Below, piece after piece: positions 28,736 to 38,424 of a stretch of DNA of 64,000 nt. The DNA lies in assembly GCA_031428115.1 (NCBI GenBank), contig JANPOS010000070.1:97418-161417 (forward strand). The letters are read 5' to 3'. The notes under the pieces are model-generated. The model had not been told where the DNA came from, made no database searches, and saw only the letters and a program-made list of their open reading frames with translations. A program made the translations under genes and the position numbers. The stretch comes from Novosphingobium sp. GTDB lineage: Bacteria; Pseudomonadota; Alphaproteobacteria; Sphingomonadales; Sphingomonadaceae. Every line of letters begins with the position of its first letter. The first letter of the stretch is position 1.

Positions 28736-29739
28736 AGCCCGGCAATCGCGCGGGCTAGCGCGGCAACATGCGCGGGTTCGCTGTTCCACGAGGCAACGAA
28801 GCGCGCGGCGCTGTCCCCCCAGTCATAAAAGTCGAAGTCCTGCGCGCGCAGCGCGGCGCGTTCGGCGAGGCTGGCGGTAACAAACAGCTGGTTGGCCTCG
28901 ACCGGATGCAGCAGGCGGTCTTGCGCAGAGTTGGCAATCTCCTGCGCGGCGGCGTTGGCGGCCCGCGCATTGGCCAGCCACAGGTCGTCTTCGAGCAGCG
29001 CCAGCAGTTGCGCCGCCATGAAGCGGCCCTTCGATTGCAGGTGCCCGGCGCGTTTGCGGCGCAGGCTAACGAGCACCGCCAGTTCGGGATCGAACAGGAC
29101 CAGCGCCTCGGCCCCCATGCCGCCGTTCTTGACCATGCCGAAAGCGAGCGTATCGACTCCCGCCGCACAGCTCATCGCCGCAGGCGCGCAGCCCCGGAAA
29201 GCGACAGCATTGGCAAAGCGCGCGCCGTCCATGTGCAGCTTCAGACCGCGCGACTGCGCCAGCGCGCCAATCGCCGCAACTTCGTCCGGCGTATAGGACA
29301 GGCCATCTTCGCTCGCCTGCGTTATCGAGATGGCTTGCGGCTGGACATAGTGGACGCCCTGATCGAGCCCATCGAGCAGTGCGGCAATGCCCCCGGGTGT
29401 CAGCTTCGCGCCCTCGCCATCGGCCAGCAGCAGTTTGGCCCCGTGCGTATAAAAGGCCGGTGCGCCGCCTTCGCTGGTCTCGATATGCGCCTCGCGGTGG
29501 CAGATCACGGCTCCGTGCGGCGGCACCAGCGCGGCAAGTGCAAGGCCATTCGCCGCCGTGCCACTCGACACCCACAGCGCGGCGCAGGGCTGGCCGAACA
29601 GCGCGGAGAAGGCCTCGTCCAGCCGGGCGCTCAGCGCGTCGCCATCATAGGGCGAATCGGCTGCGTCCGCAGCTTGCATCGCTGCCCAGACCCGGGGGTG
29701 CACAGCGGCGGCATTGTCGGAAAGGAATTGCATCGCCAT
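28732..29739 (-). CDS. ltaE: low-specificity L-threonine aldolase / beta-eliminating lyase family (PLP)
   Basis: The length and motifs (SGTAANGLALAAL, HMDGARFANA, SFGMVKNGG with the PLP lysine context) match this family. Confidence 0.8.
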   Translation of the reverse strand: MAMQFLSDNAAAVHPRVWAAMQAADAADSPYDGDALSARLDEAFSALFGQPCAALWVSSGTAANGLALAALVPPHGAVICHREAHIETSEGGAPAFYTHGAKLLLADGEGAKLTPGGIAALLDGLDQGVHYVQPQAISITQASEDGLSYTPDEVAAIGALAQSRGLKLHMDGARFANAVAFRGCAPAAMSCAAGVDTLAFGMVKNGGMGAEALVLFDPELAVLVSLRRKRAGHLQSKGRFMAAQLLALLEDDLWLANARAANAAAQEIANSAQDRLLHPVEANQLFVTASLAERAALRAQDFDFYDWGDSAARFVASWNSEPAHVAALARAIAGL

Positions 29740-29762
29740 ATCCTTGGCAAAGGAGTGACATT

Positions 29763-30053
29763 ATGGAAAGCGTTACGATAACCCGTCACGACAAAGGCGA
29801 GGCCGGCGAATATCACGCCCACGTGGAGGGCAGCCCGGTCATTGGCCGGCTGACCTGGATCACCCGCGATGGCGCGCGGGTCGCCGAACACACGCTGGTT
29901 CCGCCCGAGATCGGCGGTCGCGGAGTGGCCGGGAAGCTGGTCGAGGCCTTGATCGCCGACGCCCGCGACCAGCACTTTCGCGTCGTGCCGGAATGTTCCT
30001 ATGTCGCCGCAGCTTTCGACAAGCATCCGGAATGGGCTGAACTGCGGAGGTAG
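29763..30053 (+). CDS. small GNAT-like N-acetyltransferase (YjdJ / Acetyltransf_CG type)
   Basis: It is 96 aa (EIGGRGVAGKLVEALIADARDQHFRVVPECSYV), matching the single-domain GNAT family. It is an internal ATG of the longer track ORF 29379-30053. Confidence 0.75.
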   Translation: MESVTITRHDKGEAGEYHAHVEGSPVIGRLTWITRDGARVAEHTLVPPEIGGRGVAGKLVEALIADARDQHFRVVPECSYVAAAFDKHPEWAELRR

Positions 30054-30209
30054 CGCTCCTACTGCAAATCTCGACCATCCTTCGTCATTGCGAGTGTTTC
30101 TGGCTGCCCGCAACTTGTTCGAAGCCCCGCGCTGGCTTTGTCGGGCTGGACTTGGTTCGGTTTTTTAACTACCGCGCGCAGCACTCGCTGCCGATGAAGA
30201 GCCCTGCCC

Positions 30210-30995
30210 ATGTTCGACACACTCCTGACCCGCTTTGACCCGCTTGAGCTATGGCTTGGGGCCTTCCTGATAACCGGGCTGATCGCCGGGATTACCTCGG
30301 GCTGGTTCAAGGCGCGCAAGATCCAGCCCAAGGGCTTCAGGCTGAAGCAGTTCGGCTTCGAGGCGATGATCGCAGTGGTCAGCGTCGGCATTTCCGGGGT
30401 GCTTATCGGCGGCGCACAGACCTGGCTCAAGGCCAACGGCTATATCGCCTTCCAGCAAGGCCCGGCCGCCTGGTATGTCGTGCTGTTCGAATATGCGCTC
30501 TATTTCATCACGTTCGATACCTGGTTCTACTGGCTGCACCGCTGGATGCATAACGAGCCCTATTACAAGTGGATCCACAAGCTCCACCACCGCTCGACCT
30601 CGCCCAACCTGCTGACGACGCTGTCGGTCCATCCTTTCGAATCGTTCATCAACGGCGGCTGGATGGTGATCTTCATCACGCTGTATGACGTGCACACCAG
30701 CTCGATGGTCTACATCGGCGCAACCAACATCATCATGGGGCTCTATGTCCATTCGGGCTATGAGTTCTTCCCGCGCTGGTGGAACAAGTCGTGGGCGACC
30801 AAGTGGTTCATCACCGCCACCTTCCACGATCAGCACCACAAGTATTTCACTGCCAATTTCGGCGGCTACACCACGGTGTGGGACCGGATCTGCGGAACGA
30901 TGCGCCCCAAGTTCGAGAGCGATTTCGTCAAGATCAAGGACCGCGCGCGCGATTGGCGCGACTCCCCGGCCGACGCCCTAGCCGCCGAATCCTGA
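30210..30995 (+). CDS. fatty acid hydroxylase / sterol desaturase superfamily membrane protein
   Basis: It has the His boxes HRWMH, HKLHH and HDQHH plus N-terminal TM helices. Confidence 0.85.
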   Translation: MFDTLLTRFDPLELWLGAFLITGLIAGITSGWFKARKIQPKGFRLKQFGFEAMIAVVSVGISGVLIGGAQTWLKANGYIAFQQGPAAWYVVLFEYALYFITFDTWFYWLHRWMHNEPYYKWIHKLHHRSTSPNLLTTLSVHPFESFINGGWMVIFITLYDVHTSSMVYIGATNIIMGLYVHSGYEFFPRWWNKSWATKWFITATFHDQHHKYFTANFGGYTTVWDRICGTMRPKFESDFVKIKDRARDWRDSPADALAAES

Positions 30996-32192
30996 GCTCA
31001 GGAACCGCTCGGCGAGACCAGCCATATAGGCCGCTCCGCGCGGCAGCACGGCCTCGTCGAGCATCATTCGCGTCGAATGGATGCCGCAGCAGCTCGCCCA
31101 GTTATCGCCTTCGGGCGCCATGCCGATGAAGAACATCGCGCCGGGCACCTTTTCCAGCACATAAGAGAAATCCTCCGCGCCCATGATCGGATCGCGCAAG
31201 TGATGGAATGCGCCCTCGCCGAACATGGCCAAGGCGGTCGCCGCGCCGAAATCAACCGCCCGGGCATCGCAGATGGTCACCGGGAAGCCCTCCTCGATGG
31301 TCACTTGCGCGGTGAGCCCGTGCGCCCCGGCAATGCCCGCCGCCAGCAGGCGAATGCTATCCGCCAACCGCGTGCGGTGTTCGGCAGAGAGGCTGCGCAT
31401 CGTGCCGCGCAGCACCGCGCGGTCGGCAATCACATTGTGTGTGCTGCCCGCCTGGATCGAGGCGACGGTGACCACCACTGGATCGTGGGCATTGAACTGG
31501 CGCGTCACCACCGTCTGGAGCCCCATGACAATCTCGGCGGCAACCGGCACCGGATCGTGCGTCTGATGCGGCAGCGAGGCATGGCCGCCCATGCCTTCGA
31601 CGACGATCTCGATCATGTCGGCAGCCGCCAGCAGCGCCCCCGCGCGCCCGGCAATCAGGCCGTGGCGGGCATTGGGCATGACGTGGAGGGCGAAAGCGGC
31701 ATCGGGCAGCGGATCGATCAGGCCGTCGCCGAGCATGAAGCGCGCACCGTGATGGCCTTCCTCGCCCGGCTGGAACATGAACAGCACTTCGCCCTTGAGC
31801 GATCCTGCCCGTGTGCAAAGCAGCTCTGCCGCGCCCGCCAGCATCGCGGTGTGCGCGTCATGCCCGCAAGCATGCATCGCGCCGGGAATTGTCGAAGCAA
31901 AATCGAGGCCGGTCTCTTCGGGCATCGGCAGCGCGTCCATATCGCCGCGCAACAGCACGCGCTTGCCTGCTCCGGCCCCGCCCTTCAGCACCGCGACCAT
32001 GCCGGTGGTCGATGGCCCCTCGCGCCATTCGAGCGGCAAATGGGCAAGCGCGGCGCGCACCTTGGCGCTGGTTTTCGGTGTCATCAGCCCCAGTTCGGGC
32101 TCGGCATGGATCGCCCGGCGCAGCGCGACGATGCTCCCGGCTCTGGTTTGGGCTTCTTCGATCAGCGACAGGTTTGGCATGGCGGGCCACAT
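30978..32192 (-). CDS. M20D family amidohydrolase (hippurate hydrolase / N-acyl-amino-acid amidohydrolase-like)
   Basis: Motifs LRGDMDALP, MHACGHDAHTAML and FQPGEEG match this family. An alternative ATG lies at 32180. Confidence 0.88.
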   Translation of the reverse strand: MWPAMPNLSLIEEAQTRAGSIVALRRAIHAEPELGLMTPKTSAKVRAALAHLPLEWREGPSTTGMVAVLKGGAGAGKRVLLRGDMDALPMPEETGLDFASTIPGAMHACGHDAHTAMLAGAAELLCTRAGSLKGEVLFMFQPGEEGHHGARFMLGDGLIDPLPDAAFALHVMPNARHGLIAGRAGALLAAADMIEIVVEGMGGHASLPHQTHDPVPVAAEIVMGLQTVVTRQFNAHDPVVVTVASIQAGSTHNVIADRAVLRGTMRSLSAEHRTRLADSIRLLAAGIAGAHGLTAQVTIEEGFPVTICDARAVDFGAATALAMFGEGAFHHLRDPIMGAEDFSYVLEKVPGAMFFIGMAPEGDNWASCCGIHSTRMMLDEAVLPRGAAYMAGLAERFLSSGFGG

Positions 32193-32223
32193 GATAGCGG
32201 CCCCGCCGGGGCTGTCGAGCGCC

Positions 32224-33153
32224 TTACGCAGCGATTTCGGCAGCTAGCCGCCGCGCGGCCGCGTTGTGTTTGCGCACCGATAAGACCAACAGCGCGTTGA
32301 GCACCACGGTCTGGTAGATCATGTACCACAGCGGCGATCCGGCGAGCATCGAGACGCCCAGCACGATCGCGCGCGGATTTGGACCGAGGACTTTCAGCCG
32401 GCGCAGCAGCGGCGGGGCTTCGCCGCGCACCAGGCGGGCAATGCGCTCCAGCCTTGCCGGATCGGCCCTGGCTGCCTCGACCGCGGCGTCGACTTTCAGG
32501 GCATCCGGGGTCATGCCGCTGGCGAGCTCGAGATAGCCGGTGACGATCTGGGCAAAGCCAAACCCGCCGGTTTTTGTCTCGCCCTTGTGGGTATTGCGCA
32601 GCCAGGGCGTGGCATAGACCCACCACTGGTATTGCCGCCGCTGCACCTCGACATGGTTGGCCTGGACAATATGGCTGACCCCGGCCGCCACCACGAGCGG
32701 CCAGGCCCACGCGGCTCCGATCTGGAGCGAGAGCAGCCAGCCGAGGATCAGATAGACCACGATGTGGCTGGTGTAGTCGCACACCCCGTCGATCAGTTCG
32801 CCCAGCGGGCTGCTGCGCCCGGTGATTCGCGCAAGATCGCCGTCGGCGCCGTCGACGACGTGCCAGGTCATGTGGAGAGCCATGCCGAGCAGCGCGCCCG
32901 GCCAGCCCCAGCCATGAATGTAGCTCTGGGCATAGACGATACCCGCCGCGACCACGAAGCAGCCGCCGATCACCGAGACCACATTCGGCGTTATCGGGGT
33001 TTTCGCCAGCAACCGGGCCAGTTGCCAGGCGAGCGGATGGTAGAGATGGAAATTGAGCGCATCCTGCAATTCACGCGGGCGAACAGGCCGCTTCAGACCG
33101 GCGGGCACTTTTGGCTGGTCGCTGCCCGCTTCGCCTGCGCCGTGCTCGCCCAT
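32224..33153 (-). CDS. CDP-alcohol phosphotransferase family protein
   Basis: It has the complete family motif DG(x2)AR(x8)G(x3)D(x3)D as DGDLARITGRSSPLGELIDGVCD and is polytopic. The ORF opens at 33243; I prefer the ATG at 33153, but the start is uncertain. Confidence 0.8.
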   Translation of the reverse strand: MGEHGAGEAGSDQPKVPAGLKRPVRPRELQDALNFHLYHPLAWQLARLLAKTPITPNVVSVIGGCFVVAAGIVYAQSYIHGWGWPGALLGMALHMTWHVVDGADGDLARITGRSSPLGELIDGVCDYTSHIVVYLILGWLLSLQIGAAWAWPLVVAAGVSHIVQANHVEVQRRQYQWWVYATPWLRNTHKGETKTGGFGFAQIVTGYLELASGMTPDALKVDAAVEAARADPARLERIARLVRGEAPPLLRRLKVLGPNPRAIVLGVSMLAGSPLWYMIYQTVVLNALLVLSVRKHNAAARRLAAEIAA

Positions 33154-33440
33154 CGTTGATTGCCCCACTGCCTTAGACCTTGCGCCCGGGTAATTCGTCC
33201 ATGCCTGCCGGGCGTGGCGAATCATCTCGGCTCTCTGTGGCACACGGATCGATGCGGTCCCAGAGCGCTGATTGCGTTTGGCAATTCAGCGAGGTTGGCC
33301 TCTCGGATGCCTTGGGATCGGTGATTTTGCCCAGTTCAGCTGCATCGGACTTGCGCAAAGCACTTGCTTTTGCCGCGCGTTTTCACAATGGAGTGGCGCT
33401 CCACCGGACGATTTGCGTCTGTCGGAAGGGATTTTAATTG

Positions 33441-34541
33441 ATGAAGCCTATAAAGGTCGCCGTGATCGGCGTGGGTAACTGCGCCTCGTCGCTGGTGCAG
33501 GGCGTCGCCTACTATCGGTCGAACAATTCTTCGCAGGGCCTGATCCACGACCGCATCGGCGGCTATGGCGCCGGCGATGTTGAATTCGTGATGGGTGTCG
33601 ATGTCGATGCACGCAAGGTCGGCATGGATATTTCCGAAGCCATTTTCTCTGCGCCCAATTGCACCACCGTGTTCCACGAAAATGTCCCCGCCTCCGGCGT
33701 GAAAGTGATCATGGGCAAAGTGCTCGATGGCGTCGCCGAACACATGACCGGCATGGGCGAGCGCGGCTTCATCCTGTCCGACGCGACCGAAGCGACGCAT
33801 GAATCGATCGTCGCCGGTCTCAAAGAGAGTGGCGCCGAAGTGCTGCTCAACTTCCTGCCGGTCGGCTCGGAAGAGGCCACTGAATTCTATATGGAATGTG
33901 CGCTTGAGGCGGGCGTTGCGGTGGTTAACTGCATGCCGGTGTTCATCGCCAGCCGCCCGCATTGGGAAAAGCGCTTTGCCGAAAAGCGCATCCCCATCGT
34001 CGGCGACGATATCAAGGCGCAGATTGGTGCGACGATCGTCCACCGCGTGCTGTCCAGCCTGTTCGGCGCGCGCGGCGTCGATGTCGGCCGGACCTATCAG
34101 CTCAACACCGGCGGCAACACCGATTTCATGAACATGCTCGACCGCCAGCGGCTGGGCAGCAAGAAGGAATCGAAGACCGAAGCCGTCCAGGCGATGCTGG
34201 CACAGCGGCTGGCAGATGAAAACATCCATGTCGGCCCGTCGGACTATGTGCCGTGGCAGAAGGACAACAAGCTCTGCTTCCTGCGCCTTGAAGGCAACCA
34301 GTGGGGCAATGTGCCAATGAACCTGGAGCTGCGGCTCTCTGTGGAAGACAGCCCCAATTCCGCAGCCTGCGTGATGGATGCGATTCGCTGCTGCAAGGTC
34401 GCGCTTGAGCGCGGCGAGGGCGGCGCGCTGATTGGTCCTTCCGCCTATTACTGCAAGCATCCACCGCAGCAGTTCAACGATGATACCGCCGGCCAGATGG
34501 TCGAGGAGTATATCGCCGATGCCGCGCTGGCCGCTGAGTAA
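33441..34541 (+). CDS. ino1: inositol-3-phosphate synthase (myo-inositol-1-phosphate synthase)
   Basis: The N-terminus MKPIKVAVIGVGNCASSLVQGV and the about 365 aa length are typical of the bacterial/archaeal short MIPS. The internal KAQIGATIVHR and LGSKKESKTE regions are also consistent. Confidence 0.88.
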   Translation: MKPIKVAVIGVGNCASSLVQGVAYYRSNNSSQGLIHDRIGGYGAGDVEFVMGVDVDARKVGMDISEAIFSAPNCTTVFHENVPASGVKVIMGKVLDGVAEHMTGMGERGFILSDATEATHESIVAGLKESGAEVLLNFLPVGSEEATEFYMECALEAGVAVVNCMPVFIASRPHWEKRFAEKRIPIVGDDIKAQIGATIVHRVLSSLFGARGVDVGRTYQLNTGGNTDFMNMLDRQRLGSKKESKTEAVQAMLAQRLADENIHVGPSDYVPWQKDNKLCFLRLEGNQWGNVPMNLELRLSVEDSPNSAACVMDAIRCCKVALERGEGGALIGPSAYYCKHPPQQFNDDTAGQMVEEYIADAALAAE

Positions 34542-34610
34542 GCGCCAACCGGCAGTGACACGAAGCGGCGCCGGACCTGTTCCGGCGCCGTTTTCATTTG
34601 GAGAGCACAC

Positions 34611-35351
34611 ATGGACGCACTGATCATTGCCGCCGGATATGGCAGCCGGCTGCGGGAGATTTCCGATGCCAAGCCGCTGACCCCGGTTGCCGGAGTGCCG
34701 CTGCTCGAACTGGGCGTACGCCAGGCAGTTGCCGCGGGAATCAGCCGGGTTGTCGTCGTCACCGGGCACCAGGCTATCGAGATCGAGAAGTTCCTGCCCA
34801 GCCTGTCAGCGCGGGTCGGCATTCCGGTGGTTTCGGAGCGGGTGCTCCACTGGTCAACGCCCAACGGCCATTCGGTGATTGCCGGCGCGGCGAAGATTTC
34901 AGGCGATTACCTGCTGATGATGGCCGATCACATTTTCGAGGGCTCAATCCTGACGCAGCTGGTCCGCGAAGGCACCAAGAGCCGCGGTGTGACGCTGGCC
35001 ATCGACCGGCGGACTGACAGCGCGCTGATCGATCCCGCAGATGCAACCTGGGTCAGAACCGACCGCGACGGCAGGATCGATGCGATCGGCAAGAGCATCG
35101 CCGACTATGACGCCGTCGATTGCGGCGCATTCCTCGCCACGCCGGAACTCGCAAGCGCCATTCATGCCGCGATCGCCGAGGGCAAGGCCGGTAGCCTCTC
35201 CGAAGGCATGCAACGCCTCGCCGATGCGGGCCGCGCCGCGACTATGGATATAGGCAATGCCTGGTGGCTCGATGTCGACGATCCGCGCGCCCATGCGCTG
35301 GCCGAGGCCGAAGCGCCGAAATACCTGCCAGAGATTTTCGCCCCAGCCTGA
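34611..35351 (+). CDS. NTP-transferase (nucleotidyltransferase) domain protein, candidate inositol-phosphate cytidylyltransferase
   Basis: The N-terminal MDALIIAAGYGSRL is the GxGxR nucleotidyltransferase signature. The protein is 246 aa, with GGAGAG 5 nt before the ATG. It lies 70 nt after the MIPS gene. Confidence 0.8.
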   Translation: MDALIIAAGYGSRLREISDAKPLTPVAGVPLLELGVRQAVAAGISRVVVVTGHQAIEIEKFLPSLSARVGIPVVSERVLHWSTPNGHSVIAGAAKISGDYLLMMADHIFEGSILTQLVREGTKSRGVTLAIDRRTDSALIDPADATWVRTDRDGRIDAIGKSIADYDAVDCGAFLATPELASAIHAAIAEGKAGSLSEGMQRLADAGRAATMDIGNAWWLDVDDPRAHALAEAEAPKYLPEIFAPA

Positions 35352-35371
35352 AGCGCCCGAAGACCGTCTGC

Positions 35372-36616
35372 TCAGTCCCAGCGGATCGGCAGCGAATCCA
35401 TGGCGATGATGTTGCCCGCATGGTAGGTCGCATGTTTGTCCGGATCGAGCCGGAACTCCGGCAAGCGTTTCAATATCTGCTGATACAGCACCTGCAATTC
35501 GACCCGCGCCAGATGCGCGCCGAGGCAGCGGTGGACGCCCGCGCCGAACGCCAGGTGGACCTTGTTCTCGCGCTCCAGGTCGAAATTCTCAGGGCTCGCA
35601 AATTCGCGCGGATCGAGATTGGCACCGGGGTAATAGAGGATAAGCCACTCGTTCTCCTTCATGCTCCAGCCGCCAAAGTCGCAATCCTTGTTGATGCGGC
35701 GCTGCGGCACCGCGAAGCTGTAGCGGCGCAGCATTTCCTCTGCCGCCTCGGTGATGAGCTCGGGATTGACGCGCAGCTTCGCCTGCAGATCGGGATGCAT
35801 CGCCAGATGGCGAACGGCAAAGCCCATGCCGTTGATCACGGTGTCGAGCCCAGCGATGAACAGCAGGACGCAATAATCTTCCATCAGTTCGACCGACATG
35901 GTCTCGCCCTCGATCTCGGTCTGCCACAGCAGGCTGATGATATCGTCCTTGGGATCGTCCTTGCGCGCCAGGATAACGGGCAGCATGGCATCGGCCACCT
36001 TGCGGAACAGCGTGCCTGAAGCCATCGGATCGGCGCCGGTATTGGCGAGAAATTCCTGCACCAGCACGCGGAATTCCGGCAACCGGTCAACCGGCAGTCC
36101 CATCAGGCCCAGGAAGATCGTCACAGGCAGCGGCACGGCAATATCGGGGATGAAATCGCAGTGGCCCTTGTCGATCACCGCATCGATCAGCTTGTCGGTC
36201 AGCGCGCGGATATCATCAATCTGCTGCATCGCGGCGCGCGGGCTGAAGGTCTTCTGCAGGGGGCCGCGAAATCTTGGATGGTCGGGCGGGTCCATCGAAA
36301 TCGGCGTCGCCTGCGGAATGCGCGGCATGCCCGGCGGCATCATCGCCATCATCGCCTTCATCTTTTCGGGCGGCATGAATGTGCTGGTGAAGCGCTCGGG
36401 ATCGCGCGCGGCTTCGTAGATTTCGGAATAGCCCATGCAGATCCAGCGTCCGCCATTGCGCGGCGTCCAGAACACCGGTGGCGCATCGCGCAGGATCTCG
36501 CGCAGCCGCTCATGCGGATCGGCGAGCAGGCCAGGGTCGGAGCGAAAATCGAAGTCGTAGACTGCCTCAGGCGGGATATGCGCAGGAATGGGGCTGGCTT
36601 CACTTAGGGCGTTCAC
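35372..36616 (-). CDS. cytochrome P450
   Basis: It has the heme-ligand motif FGAGVHRCLGAHLA, an ExxR motif (EMLR) and an I-helix AGLDTV. I moved the start to the GTG at 36616, preceded by GAGAGGAA, which gives about 415 aa. Confidence 0.88.
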   Translation of the reverse strand: MNALSEASPIPAHIPPEAVYDFDFRSDPGLLADPHERLREILRDAPPVFWTPRNGGRWICMGYSEIYEAARDPERFTSTFMPPEKMKAMMAMMPPGMPRIPQATPISMDPPDHPRFRGPLQKTFSPRAAMQQIDDIRALTDKLIDAVIDKGHCDFIPDIAVPLPVTIFLGLMGLPVDRLPEFRVLVQEFLANTGADPMASGTLFRKVADAMLPVILARKDDPKDDIISLLWQTEIEGETMSVELMEDYCVLLFIAGLDTVINGMGFAVRHLAMHPDLQAKLRVNPELITEAAEEMLRRYSFAVPQRRINKDCDFGGWSMKENEWLILYYPGANLDPREFASPENFDLERENKVHLAFGAGVHRCLGAHLARVELQVLYQQILKRLPEFRLDPDKHATYHAGNIIAMDSLPIRWD

Positions 36617-36701
36617 GAATGCGGTTCCTCTCTGGCTGGTCAGCGCGGTTTCTGGCGCATCGTCAAGTCTACAGCAGAGGCGACATGTGATCCACACTAA
36701 A

Positions 36702-38312
36702 TCATGGTCGTCGCCAAAGGAATTCCTTGCGGCGGTCGGCCAGGATCGCGCGCGCGGCATTGTGCCCTGGCGCGCCAGTCACGCCGCCGCCAGGATGGGT
36801 GCCCGCGCCGCACATATATAGTCCCTTGATCGGCGCGCGGTAGTCGCCATGGCCCAGCACGGGCCGCGCGCCCCACAGCTGATCGAGGCTCATTCGGCCA
36901 TGAAAGATGTCGCCATCAACCAGGGCGAACTTGGCCTCGAGATCGCGCGGCGAATGAATCTGGCGGGCGATGATGCTGCTGCGGAAATTGGCAGCATGGG
37001 CGGTGACGGTGTCGATGATGCAATCGGCCGCCGCCTCGCGTTCGGCGTCCCATGTGCGGCCATCTGGCAGTGTGGGCGCGAAATGCTGGCAGAACAGGCT
37101 CGCGACATGGCTGCCCGGCGGCGCGAGTGTGGGATCGACTGTCGAGGGAATGGTCAGCTCGACTATCGGCGCGCGCGACCAGCCGTGGCTGCGGGCCTCA
37201 TCGAAGGCGCGGTCCATATAATCCAGACCCGGAGCAATGATGATCCCCGCGCCGTGATGCTCGGCTTGGCGCTTGCCGGGCAGCACGGCGAAATCGGGCA
37301 ATTCCGACAGCGCGACATTCATCCGGAAGCTCGCCGAGCCGGTCTTGAATTGCGCCATCCGGTGGCGAAACTGCGGGGTAAGATCGCCGGCATCGACCAT
37401 TTTGCGATAGAGCAGCGCGGGGCCGACATTGGCAGCGACGATGGGCGCCGTCAGTTCCTCGCCGCTCTCCAGGACCACGCCGACGGCTTTGCCGCCATCC
37501 ACCAGCACCCGGGCCACCGGGGCCTCGAGACTGATTTCCACGCCGTGATCGCGGCAGGCCGCAGCCATCGCCTCGCTGATCGCCCCCATGCCGCCGATGG
37601 CATGGCCCCAGGCACCCTTCTGGCCGTTTACCTCGCCGAACACGTGATGGAGCAGCACATAGGCCGAGCCGGGGGTGGAAATCCCGGCGAAATTGCCGAC
37701 CACCGCATCGAAGGCAAAGGCCGATTTGATCGCGTCATGCTCGAACCAGCTATCGAGGAATTCGCGCGCGGAAAGGGTGAAAATGGCGAGCAATTCCTGC
37801 TGCGTGGCCAGATCGAGCTGCGCGATCGGCCAGCCTTGCCGAACCAGTCTTGCCAATGCGCGCAAGCCGCCACGGGGTTGCGGCGGTTCCGCCAGAGCAA
37901 GATTGCGCAGCAACTGCGCGATCCGCTCCAGCGCCTCAAGATAAGCGGGATAGGCCGCCGCATCCTTGGACGAAAAGCGCGCAAATTCAACCTGGGTGCG
38001 CGCAATGCCGCCACCGACCTTCAGATAGCCATTTGCGAATGGCAGGAAATTGGCGAGTGGCCGCTCGGCGACAACTAGTCCGCGTTCATGCAGCGCCATG
38101 TCGGCGATTACTTTGGGGCGGAGCAGGCTGACCGTGTAGCTGGCAGTCGAGTTGCGGAAGCCGGGATGGAACTCCTCGGTGACTGCCGCCCCGCCGACGA
38201 CATGCCGCCGCTCGAGCACGCGCACCTTCAGGCCGGCGCGCGCGAGATAGAAAGCGCAGACCAGCCCATTGTGCCCGCCGCCCACGATCAGTGCGTCGTA
38301 CCTGCCTGTCAC
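36702..38312 (-). CDS. FAD-dependent oxidoreductase, phytoene desaturase (CrtI-like) family
   Basis: YDALIVGGGHNGLVCAFYLARAG is a dinucleotide-binding motif. The length and C-terminal GLYMCGAGTHPGGGV match the CrtI family. I moved the start to the GTG at 38312. Confidence 0.82.
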   Translation of the reverse strand: MTGRYDALIVGGGHNGLVCAFYLARAGLKVRVLERRHVVGGAAVTEEFHPGFRNSTASYTVSLLRPKVIADMALHERGLVVAERPLANFLPFANGYLKVGGGIARTQVEFARFSSKDAAAYPAYLEALERIAQLLRNLALAEPPQPRGGLRALARLVRQGWPIAQLDLATQQELLAIFTLSAREFLDSWFEHDAIKSAFAFDAVVGNFAGISTPGSAYVLLHHVFGEVNGQKGAWGHAIGGMGAISEAMAAACRDHGVEISLEAPVARVLVDGGKAVGVVLESGEELTAPIVAANVGPALLYRKMVDAGDLTPQFRHRMAQFKTGSASFRMNVALSELPDFAVLPGKRQAEHHGAGIIIAPGLDYMDRAFDEARSHGWSRAPIVELTIPSTVDPTLAPPGSHVASLFCQHFAPTLPDGRTWDAEREAAADCIIDTVTAHAANFRSSIIARQIHSPRDLEAKFALVDGDIFHGRMSLDQLWGARPVLGHGDYRAPIKGLYMCGAGTHPGGGVTGAPGHNAARAILADRRKEFLWRRP

Positions 38313-38424
38313 TCTGCACTGCCCTTCGCACTGGCGCGGCCCGCGCCCCGCTGCTAACGGATTGGGCCATGCACGATCACTCCGGCAAGCAGAATCTGGC
38401 CCTGAAGCACAAGGTAGGGCAGCC

